The notes under the pieces were generated by a model. The model searched no databases, was not told where the DNA came from, and was given only the letters and a program-made list of their open reading frames with translations. Positions 11,201-22,449 of a stretch of DNA of 64,000 nt are shown piece after piece (within the stretch, counting starts at the first letter, position 1; every line of letters starts with the position of its first letter). The translations under genes and the position numbers were made by a program. Location of the stretch: NCBI GenBank assembly GCA_015680685.1, contig MNCI01001519.1, forward strand, positions 573,318-637,317. The letters run 5' to 3'. Source of the DNA: Gnetum montanum (lineage: Eukaryota > Plantae > Gnetophyta).

Positions 11201-13651
11201 TATCCTATCGATTTCCTATTGATCAAGGTCGAGAACTACAAAGGAGAGTCTCCAATCATTATGGGAAGAGCATGGCTAAGCACCGTTGATGCAAGAATGG
11301 ACATCAAAGATCTTTCTCTAAAAATATCTAAAGAAAACACATTCAAGAAGATTGAGAAGAAGCAAGTTCTATGCATCACGTACAGCAATAAAGGATGCAA
11401 TTTTGTGCAGAAGCTCAAGCTAGTAAAATGAGCATCCATCTCTACATGCAAGTACTGTGCACTAGAAGCTGATATTCAAAGGTGTCTGTACGCAGCAACC
11501 ACAAAACAAAAGGGCACCTAATGGCTGACTACTAATTTTGAAAGTAGGACACTTTGCATGAAACCTACTAAGAGCTTGACATGTGCATATGTCGTAGGCA
11601 TGAATGAAATGGAGCAAATTCATCACCACCTCTCTGATAATGCAAATGATGATACATATTGGGGAGAGTTGAAAATTCTTGAAAATTTCAAGCAAGAGCC
11701 ACTTGAATTAAAAACTCACTTGAATTAAAAACTCTACCTGTTGGCATGGAATATGTGTTCTTAAAAAATGGGAAGTCCATAATAATCAATGCAAATCTTA
11801 CTCAAGAACAAAAAGAAATATTGTTAAATGTGGTTGAAAAATGGTTAGTAACCTTTGCTTGGTCCTATCCCGAACTCACAAGGATTGATCCTAGGATATG
11901 CCAGTATCGTATCTACACTAATCCAGCCATGAAGCCAAAGAGGTAGTCACAGAGGTGATTGAACCCCAAACTAAAGTAGATAGTCAAGGAGGAAATTGAA
12001 CAACTCCTCAAGGTGGGGTTCATCAATCCCATTGCGGATAGTGAGTGGGTTAGTCCACTTGTGATTGTGACAAAGAAACGTGGCAAGTGGCATGTCTACA
12101 TCGATTTTCAACTACTGAATATGACAACATTCAAGGACCATTTTCCATTACCATTCATTGATCAAGTGTTAGACACCATATCTGGGCATTGCTACTACAG
12201 TTTTTTGGATGGTTATAGTGGTTATAACCAAATCCAAATCATGCCAGAGGACCAGGCCAAGACAACATTCATGAGTTCCTGGAGGACTTTTGCTTATCGC
12301 AAGATGCCTTTTGGTCTGTGCAATGCCCCTACTACATTCCAACGCCTGGTCTTAAGCCCTTTTAATTCTAAAGTTGCTTACAAGATTATTACAAAGAAGT
12401 GTTTTATTTATAACAAATTTAATAAGGCCTATAAAATACAATTATCATTGTACTTTTGGATGAGAAAAATGAAAGAAATGTGGAAGGCTCATACTTTTCC
12501 AAAAATTTATAATTTTTTTATAGTGTCTTATTCATCAAGATCTTCCTATGAGCACTCATCTTAAACATATGGGAATTGTTGTTTCTTAGTGTCCTCTTTG
12601 TGGAAGTAAAGATTCTTTTCTTTTCTTTTTTTGGAATGCCCCATTGCACAACATGATTAGAATTGGACATCTGAAATTTGTATCAACTTTTAACTAAGCA
12701 TCAATGAAGTCATTCTTAATCAATTTGTTTTTTCTAGTTTGCATTTTGAAATGTCTTTAACTACTTGTTCTTTATTCTATTTTCTAGCAGCAAAGAGCAT
12801 AGCTATGATCTTTCTTCAAAAGTTAAATATTAGATTCTCAAAGATGTTGCTTTTCAACTATAACTTCAAGCAAGAAAACTCTCAATGAAAGCTGAGCAAT
12901 TAATTTATTTTCTATAATATTAATTCATTTCTGTTTTAGAAGATCAAGGATGGGAAGAAATATAAGTCAAATTCAATTTTTGCTTATTATTGATATTATT
13001 TTTGAGCTTCAATAACCTCCTTCCTCCAAAAAAAAGATTGTACTTAAAAATTAGTTCTTTATACTCCTTTTTTTTTTCTTTTTCCTTTAAGGTTTGACAC
13101 CCCCTCTCTTTTTCTTTTCGTTTTTTAACTTTAAAAAATTATTTAAAACTACTTACCCATTGCATTTAAACTAGCCAATTCTCCCACTAATCCTTAGAAA
13201 TTAATTGCAACTAAAGATGAATAACATGGAACATCTTCAAAATTTATTTTTTTATAATGGTATAATGAATTATTTTTTAAAATAGTAAAATTCTTGTTCC
13301 AAAAAGTTTGGAAATAAAAAACCTTTTAGATTTAGGACTATCTACTTAGGTGTACAACCTTATAGTTATTGACTTAAAAATAACTAAGGAAAATTAATTG
13401 TTAGTAGGGAGGAAGGTCTTGATCTTGACAAAATTTGCATCACTTTTCAACATTCATAATTGAAATCAAAATAGCAAAAGTATTTGAGATAGAAAGTTAT
13501 GACTTAATACCAATATTTGTATCAAAGCAAGAAAATGCTAGCACTTATGAAAGATCTTTACCTTGTCGCTTGTTATTAATCTTATGTTAAGAATATTTAC
13601 CATCAACTATAACCTTCTTGGGTTTAAACATATAACCCACATGGCATTTTA

Positions 13652-13728
13652 ACACAACCCTTGGGATCAAACCTATGACTTACATAACTATAAGCCACAT
13701 GGTCTAACCCCGTGAACTATTGCTCACT
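13652..13728 (-). pseudogene. Decayed tRNA-like sequence (tRNA pseudogene or SINE head)
   Basis: Minus strand: A-box-like tagttcacggggttaga and B-box-like ggtttgatccc at tRNA spacing. Confidence 0.45.
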
Positions 13729-14529
13729 AGCTATATTTTAGAAAATTTCACAAAATCTTAGTTTTCATAGTGTTAGGGGTGAGTATATCATTAATATGGG
13801 GTCTTTGAACCAGAAATAATTTGACTATAGGTACAACCCAAAACATATATATCTTAGAAGAATTATACAAAAATATAACCGCCTATCCTTGGCTACTATA
13901 CAATTAGTACTTCATAGGATAATGTTATCTCCGAACATAACTCTTTGTAGTCAAAATTGTAACTTATAAAAATACAAATTAAATCTTAACCAATGAATTG
14001 GACCTGTTCAAGTAAGCTAAGGATTTGATAGTGATTTTTTTATGCCTAGCTATCCGTGATAGCATAGGATGCTCTAACCAAGTAAGCTATGCCTCATTAA
14101 CGAAAAGCATTCAAAATAAAATTAAATAAAAATAGAATAATTATCATTTATGTTTCCAATTACTAACAAGGACATAATTCAATTGAGAAGCCTATTGCTT
14201 TGTATATAAAAGGTTACAAATCTATTGTCTTGCTTACGTTCTATAAAAGTTTTGCATTGAGATACACAACCAAATTTTCAACTTCAATAACTAGAATTTA
14301 TGTTTCTCATTTTGTCCATATTTCATGATTAATTTAAGTTAATTTGGTAGTTCGTACAATTATGTGTCCAAAATTTGATATTGCAAATTTAAGCTAAAAT
14401 ATGTTAGCTTAGTGGTATGAATCTTAATTTGGAAACTCAAAGTTATGAGTTCAACTTCAATGGGCAATATAGAGTTATGTAATTCTGATTTGATTATATG
14501 GGCATTTAGTTAGAGCGCATAGTTTTTGG

Positions 14530-14687
14530 TTTTTGGAGTGATGGTAAGGTGCTTGTTTTTTGAATCAAAGACTTGGGCTCAAGCCTATGCGCAGCTACTT
14601 GAAAAGATAAAGCTTTCGCTCATCTACTAACCCTCCTAGGACCTTGCTTAGTGAGATGAGCACTATGGCTCTATGATGATCTTAAAA
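14530..14687 (+). mobile_element. tRNA-derived SINE (Au-like architecture)
   Basis: ggagtgatggtaagg (A box), gggctcaagcc (B box), body ccctcctaggaccttgcttagtgagatgagcac; related copies elsewhere in the window. Confidence 0.65.
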
Positions 14688-15244
14688 TACAAGCACCATT
14701 TAAGTAATCAAGACAATTAGTGCTTCCTCTCTGGTCCCTTAGATTAAAGAAATAATCTAATTACATGAGATAAACCACAACTTAAACAAATTGTTTGCAC
14801 AGCTAAAATGGAATTCAATCACATGCATATGCATCCTGATCATCTGGTCGTATACAAGGTAAGACTACATCTCTCACTTGAGGGTGTTGCCATCATGAGC
14901 ATTTAATTTAGTCAAAGTCCTGTTTAATCTTGTTTGGACAGCTAATAATGCCAACATCACAAAATAATTACATAACAAAGAAACTTTTTTTGTGAGGTAA
15001 AAGCGTATTCTATTGATTAATCTATATTCATCCAAAAATCAGACAAATTATGGTTAAAAATAATGCTCAATAAATTAAGGTAATGAAATATGCGATCCAT
15101 CTCCAAGCTTGTTACTGACATCTACAGTGAAAGCCGTCTAAAGTAAATTTCAGTGGCCCATTTACAGGCAATTTTTGAAGTCACCTTGGAGCCACAACGA
15201 GATGTCTTCATTTTTTCATTTTTTTTTCTAATCATTGAACAATT

Positions 15245-15345
15245 CTAGTCCACTGATAATACCTTCACATTTTCTAGTTCTCCTCTTGCAAGCTTATCAG
15301 CTTTATCTTCTATGTATTCTTTTAATGATGTAACATCCTTAGGTC
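15245..15345 (-). CDS. PDIL5-1: Protein disulfide isomerase-like 5-1, exon 4 (last)
   Basis: ttgtcag acceptor; phase matches exon 3 (G+GA); GPKDVTSLKEYIEDKADKLARGELENVKVLSVD* aligns with the GxRDVESLKxFV C-terminus of PDIL5-1. Confidence 0.85.
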
Positions 15346-16619
15346 CTGACAAATACAAAGTAGCTTTTGTCAAGAACAAAGCAATATAACAGTGGCAATA
15401 TAAGAGAAAGGAAGACGTCTTAAGTATACATGAATTAAAGAACTCAAATTTTTGAACATTTAAGCAAAATATGATGCAGATACCCTTGGAACATTCTTCT
15501 GTTTCTGCTGTCAAAAAAATATCATTACAAAGCGAATCACGTCAGGAAGTTATGTAGAACAATCATACTCTCTTCAATGTCAGTCGTCGTTAAATGATTA
15601 AATTGTGTCGCACAAAGTCATCGGTTCACTGTGATCTCTTAATATAGGCATAGGTGAAAAGCTGCATCTAAATCATCCATCATATACAATGCATCCTCAA
15701 AGCTAACCTTTATACCCACTTCTATAGGTTCCTCATCCACTACAAATTACCGATTATTTTCTTTTGCTCTTGATTGGGCAGTTATATTCAGGTGGCTACC
15801 TTTGCCACAAATCTAACGGTTCAGCTTCCACGTCAACTTGCCTGTACACTGGATGAATTCTCTAAACACACACCACCTCAACAATGAAGGGGTCTTACCA
15901 AACAAAGAACCAATTGAATTACCACATCTCTGAAACTAAGATTTTGCATACCACCTATCAAGGTTATAAGGAAATATCTAAGCTCTTTTTAGAAAGGAGA
16001 TAAATGAGATTTAAATAATTGCAAATTAATCATGATTAGCCATTTGTTTGCAAGTTACTATTCTCTGAAAAAAACACTGTGAAGTTGGGTAAAAGACAGT
16101 AATTTACATGCAGTCTCCTAAACAAGATTTAGAAGAAAGCTTTTTACGATAAATCATTTGGTTACTCTCATATTAGCATACTACATTGAACAAGCAAAGA
16201 GAAAACAAGGAAAACATTTATATGCTTTGTTGACTTTACTAAGGCATTGATTCAGTTATGAGAGAAAATTTAAGAAAAAATTTTATAGACCATTTGGTTT
16301 ACTTAGTGTCATTCAGAAAGAATATGGAGAAAAAAAATTAAAATTAAGAGGGAAGAAACTACACAATATTGTCAGTGTTACAGCAGTAGGGGAGTAAAGC
16401 AAGGTGATCCCCCTTGAGCTAGAAGAGTGAATTAAATAGCCACCTACGAATTATTCTATTAAAGTGGATCAATCATACCACTTTTAATCTTTGCAAATAA
16501 TGTAATTGCAAATTCAAGGAAAGGGTTAGAAGCAATAATGAATCAACTCAAAGGTTTTTCTTTTTTTAAAACATGCAGGGATGAAGGTGAATATTAATAA
16601 GTGTTGATTTGTGTAAGCA

Positions 16620-16727
16620 CAGGTCATTGATCAGTTGGTTAGCTCACAGTTCCTTGCACCAAAAGGTACTGGGTTCAAAGCCCAGTGTCAGCACTAAACC
16701 CCAACCTGGCCCTTACACTCAAAAAAA
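16620..16727 (+). mobile_element. tRNA-derived SINE
   Basis: tgatcagttggttag (A box), gggttcaaagccc (B box), A-rich tail; gtaagca repeated on both flanks. Confidence 0.6.
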
Positions 16728-18324
16728 GTGTGGGTAAGCAATAAGAGAAATTATACATAATAAAGAATACTTGTATAAATCACAGTACCTGGGAAATTCA
16801 AGAAAAAATCTGGGAAATTCAAGAAAAAATATTTCAAACGATTGTGCCTACTTACAGGACTTTATGGATATGTAGTTTATCAAAAATATTTTAGAAGAAA
16901 CTAGGAAAACTTCAAAAACAATTCTGATTAGATGAATTGAAGGTCAAAACTCAAGTCCCATGTGCAATACTTTTATTAGAAACTAGTATGCTAATGTTGA
17001 AAGATAAGGATTGCAAAACTCAAGTCCCATACACAAGTGATGTACCTGGCAAAAGGATTACAGCCACAAACCAGTGAGAGAGTAGATATATCCATTATGA
17101 GCAATCTCTACCAGAAGGCAATGGCAAAAATTGCAGTCATGCATGATATTGTCAATAAACTAGAGGGTAAATAGAATAAGCATGTCAATGTAGAGGAAGA
17201 TAATATAGATCCTCAGCATCAAGAGGAAGTTAAAAGAGTGTTGAATGCAAGACCAAGCCTCTTGACACTATTGAAGTTCTTGTAAAAACAAACATTAAAA
17301 TAAAGAAAACTTTTACAAACCTTGCAAATATGGTTCATAAGGTTTGGAATGCATTTAATGAAAAGATAACTTTGAGTTTCAAAGATCTGGAGAACAAAGT
17401 TGTTGAAGCAGCTGTGAAAGCAGCTACACCATGAGACAAGGCTGATGAAGACAAAAGAAAGAATGAGAAACCTTACCCTAGTTGGATGTATTATCTTGGT
17501 GATGCATTTCCTCATCCACAACATCAACAATAAATGACACCTAATCCTTGGGACTCAAACACCTTAAACCATGCCTTTTACAAAGCAACAAACTTTGTTA
17601 TGCAATCATCTTTTCTACCCTAAGAATCAGCAAACCATGGGTCGAGTACCTCAGGAAATGCCTCAGCAATACATACTATGTCTACCACAACAACAGTAGA
17701 GGCCACAAGCCCAACAATATCCAAAATAGCTCCCTGTCCTATCATAGGAAGGAATTTCAAATCACCCACAACAAGGGCAGGTTAGTTTGTTACAGCATTA
17801 TACTATGCTGAAGTTTCGCCAGCATATACTTGGACAGTATTATCAAATATCTTGTTTATTAATGGACCCATTTATAGTTATGTTTATTTATTAATTTAAT
17901 ATTGTTGCTTCAAAGTTGGCTTTTGTATATGTTTATTTTTTAATGTTAAAATAGTCTTAATTATCGTCTAACGCTAATGTTTACAACTAAGGTTTGAAGA
18001 CTATGTTAAGGTAAATTAGCCCAAATTGTTCTATCTAGGCTAACATGCCTATGCCAATAAGAACAGGACATATGTAACAAGCCTGACATGATAAGGGATC
18101 ATAATGGCTTGTTATAATTGTCAAAATAATAATAATGACTTGTTATGATTGCATAAAAGATTTAGGTTAGATAATGGTTTCTAATACAATGATAATGTGA
18201 TATGGTATAATTATCAACATGATTATAATTGTCACATCCCCATTCCCAAGTGGTATCGTTTCATGACCAAGAGTTGTAGTTATTGTTAAAAGACCCTTGA
18301 TGAAAGAGTGCAATATAATTACGG

Positions 18325-19167
18325 TGATGCGAAGCCTACCTTAATAGACCCCAAGAGGACCCATTCCACAACCTTTCCAAGCAAATTCAGCTTGGAAACA
18401 ATAACAACACAAAGAATTAGAGAAAATTCTCCCTTTTAGTAAGACAACTCTCAAAGTGTAGAAAAATACATCAAAGATGTTGAGCTAAGCTCAACTCACA
18501 CCTCTCCCAAGGATCTTAGATCCTACACATGTCCCCTCTCAATCATCAATTATTCACACTTGGAGCATCAGCTCAAGACAGGACACTTCTAGGAGATTCT
18601 CTCAAGTGCTCTCCCTTGCCTCTCACTCAAGTGGACACAATGTCCTAGTACAAGCTCTCCCCTGCACTCAAACTCACTTGCCCAAAATCAAGCCTTGGAC
18701 ACTTATTTATAGTTTTTTGGTAGGACTTTTCATCTACACTGGTGCTCAAAAGCCAAATTTGTATTCATTGAAATCTACCAAAGAAAATGTCCTTCTTGAG
18801 TGAAAACAAGCACAAGAGACATCTTTGTGACCTAGAAGACATCTTTTCTGCAACTGAGCTCAATGCAGAATATGTCTTTGACCCTTGGAAGACATCTATA
18901 GGCCTGGCAAGACATCCTATCTTGGAGAAAGGCATCTTTCTGGCGTGGTAGTGCATCTTTTTTCACCATGTGACATCTTTCCTGTCAACATGAATGATTC
19001 CAAGACACCTAGCCTTAAGTCCAAACTCACCAAACAAGATCCCATCAGTCCTGGAACATCTTGAATGCATCCAAAACTCCACAAGACACAAGGCAACATA
19101 CACAAGAAGACAAACATACACAAAAATGCATTGAGGATTACATAAAGGTTAGGTGATGCCCTCATCA
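18325..19167 (-). repeat. Solo LTR candidate
   Basis: TGATG...CATCA termini; imperfect TSD tacgg/tatag; CTATAAATAAG on the minus strand near 18705; internal aagacatct sub-repeats. Confidence 0.55.
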
Positions 19168-20324
19168 TATAGGCATGTCTCTTGAGGTAACATTTGGGAG
19201 TTTGACTTGAGATATTTATATTGGTAACTGAGAGGTTGTGCCAGTAGAGTGTTGCAGAACCAACAATGGCAAGTGACGAGTGCCAAATGAAGCAGGAAAG
19301 GAAAGGACTTTGCCACCTCTTCTAGTCGGGTCTAGGCCTAATTATGGTGGCAATGATAGATTGCTAAAGGAAGATAACCCTAGGAACCCTTAAAGTGTGA
19401 CCTAGATACATTTATTCAATTCTAGTTTCCTTATTAATAAAATTCTTATTTATTTCCATTTGTATTTTCCACATCATGTTTTACACATAATGTTGAATAT
19501 ACTGTATATTTGACATTTATCATGGCATTCAAAAATAGGATGTCCAACTAATGATTTGTTATAACTTGCCTAAAATGACAAAGTCGACAATATGAGTATG
19601 CCAAGCCAAAAATATTTTAAGGCTAAATAATCACTAATAATTAAGACATGGCCAAATGTGGGAATGTTAAATGACGTTTGTTGTGACATTATAAAATGAC
19701 ATTTTTAGGTTGTTACAAAAGAGGTATAATGATATGAACAAGAGGAAGTAGTCTTTATGTGTAATTCCAAGCCCATGTAAATTGGAAGCATTACCACAAT
19801 AGGTAGGAATTATAATGACTTGCTCATGTGCTCAAGAAATCAAGTTAACCGTTGAGCTTATGCCATACAGAGTGGTAGAAATACCATCCAAGCAAGAAAG
19901 CTCTAACTCCATTTGTATTGTTGGATCACTTGACAAGAAGAGTTTCTAAGGGTTGCATGTCTAAGATAATTATTCCTAGCTTCATCCTTACGTCTATGTG
20001 ACTAAGAAGACCTAGAAGTTACTTGCAAAGAGAACTCTAATAATATCAAGTGTTGCTTTGAATCATTTCCTTTCTGGTGAGATTCGAATTAAAAGAACCA
20101 AAATCAAATCAAAAGTAAATAAATAATAATGAGAAACACCATTATTGGAAAATACAAAAGATTGGAAGAATTTGATTTGTTAGTGTAGCCAAAGAAATCA
20201 ATGAGAGAATTTTGGTAATGTTAAATTTGGTGACCTACTGTGCATACATCCATATAGGCAGGAAACCAAAATGGAATTTCTTAGCTTCTAGACAACTACA
20301 ACACATCGATTCAGCCCAATCTCA

Positions 20325-21388
20325 TTAATGGTTAAACTACAGAATAATCAAGGCTAGATGGCACTATAAGTGATGGTATAGTTGTGCGCTATGACAAGGG
20401 ACTTGGTGGTCTAACCTTACCATGTTCGGTGAGTAGCAATGATTGTAACTAGTGAACAATCTCTTAGGGAGTGCAATGAAGGATCACATGCTCCAAGCAG
20501 CTAATTGAATGGTTGGTTGGTGATAAACATGAAAATCCCAATTTTGGAAAAGATTTGTTAACACGTGTTGATGCATTGGGATGTGTGGGCAACCCCAAGT
20601 TTTGGGCCTATAAATACAAAAGCCGCAATGGGAAAAAATCATAATTTTAGTCAACTGCAGTAGGACTTGTGCAATTTTATTTTGTGATTTGTAGTTCATT
20701 AGCAAGTGTTTGCAACATGTGTCTAATGTCTATCATCAAAATCTTTATTTGAGTGATTATGCATAGATGTTACCACAAAAGGCAATGAAGATTGAGATTG
20801 ATTTCCTTCACATTCTAAAACTTTGACTTTGATTAAATTTACATTGCCTTCACTTTATTTTCAATGCAATGTAATAGTTTAATCTTCTATAGTGTTTGCA
20901 TTGACATCTCCATTTGCATTTAGTAAAGTGGAATGAGTACGTCAAGACCTTGAGTGCTAACCACAATTAACATGGTTGCCTAATAAACCATCAACTTAGT
21001 TCGTCCAATAGCAGATTAGTTTGGTAACCTAGCAATTAATACGTGGATCCAAGAGTGTTAGGGCAGGTTGACAAAGGAAATACTCATCACTTTAGGATTT
21101 TATATTACTTACATTGATAGTTAGCTTTCACTTAGATTATTTTCTATTCTTAATAATTTTCTACTTTTAGTAAATAAGTCATACATCATCATCAATCATA
21201 TGTCTTAGCCACATTTAACTATACATCATAAGCCCACCACAAATGTGACTAGGAAGACAGTGACTTGTGATCCACATATGTTACTCCTAGACATACAATG
21301 TATCCTGTCCACATATTACAACAAAGTCTCTATGTATGCTTGTAGATTCATATGGTTACCTATCGGACATACTCACAATGTAGCATCA
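20325..21388 (+). repeat. Old solo LTR related to the Athila-family LTRs
   Basis: cctataaata at ~20608; ttggtaacc, aatcatat, gactaggaagaca and tatggtt motifs in the same order as 7419-8268; ends CATCA; possible TSD tctca. The left boundary is uncertain. Confidence 0.55.
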
Positions 21389-22449
21389 TCTCATCTCTCT
21401 CTTTTCTATGCTTCATTTCTCAATTACCTCTTTTATCCATTTCTAGTTCACCATCATGTGTTGTAAAAACCTAGGCCAACGTGAGGCAAAGGATGAAATT
21501 TGACCATCCAAAGGTGGACTAATGTTTGATGTTGATGCCTCACGGGTTGCTGAAAACCCATGAGTATCTTAGGCAACAAGATTCACAATGGCATGAAAGA
21601 TACGTGCTTGCTTTAAAAAGGACCCACTCGGAAGCCTTTGGTAGCTTTGGCATTCTGAGTAGGTGATTCTATAAGAAAAATATTTCACCTTGGATGCTTG
21701 GTGGCTTGCTTGCTAAGAGCAAAGAGCTTTAAGTAGCCTTGTATGCATAGTTGTAATTGTTGACTCGCATATATATCATGTACCAAAGTTAAATAGGTTG
21801 CCTTGGTAGCTTATATCCTTTTAAAAGCTCACTTGTGAAAGAACTTTGTTTATGAGTGTTAAAATGAATTATTTATGTAGTGCTACCCTCTCATTCTTTT
21901 AGATTTTTATAAATTTAATTTAAAAATAATGCATTTTTTATTCTTTTGCTATGAGCCGGGTGTTTCAAACAACAATCACGGGGAAGAAGTGTGCACTAAT
22001 GTAGCATGTGGACTTTTTGATCTTCTAAGTAAAATTTTAATACATTCCTCTATCAAATCCTAAAAGTTTTGGTTTGTATTTTGTGTTTTACATGTGATTA
22101 TTTTTCCAAGTCTCATGTTTCATCATTTTTGGTACCATTTGTTGTGATGAACATGTGACTTTGAGATACTTATATGATTTCTTAGCACAAGTACATATCA
22201 AAATGTTCGCTAGGCTGCATCTAAAGCACTAGGGCACCAATTGATAGAGTTCAAAAACCTGATTATTAGTCCAGCTGAGCTAACATTGGTGCAGGAAGGT
22301 GCACAATCCAGGATAATGCAAAATATGGCTAGGAGACCAAGTTAAGAGTTTAGTTTCATCTGAACAACCTGAACATTTGTTGAAGCCATCATTTAAAAGA
22401 AACAAGCAGAAGAATGAGAAGGATGTCAAAATCATGAAGAAATGACATT

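Larger units (their letters stand above)
7419..12357 (+). mobile_element. Athila-type Ty3/Gypsy element, 3'-truncated inside RT
   Basis: 5' LTR, tRNA-Asp-type PBS, decayed gag, protease (LLDLGFGVNLI; IDFLLIKVE..PIIMGRAWL) and RT (SEWVSPLVIV, KDHFPLPFIDQVLD, FLDGYSGYNQI, RKMPFGLCNAPTTFQR). Similarity stops abruptly near 12357. Confidence 0.9.

Noticed and set aside
13652-16727. Functional tRNA genes
   Set aside because: Stems do not pair into a full cloverleaf; best treated as SINE heads or pseudogenes
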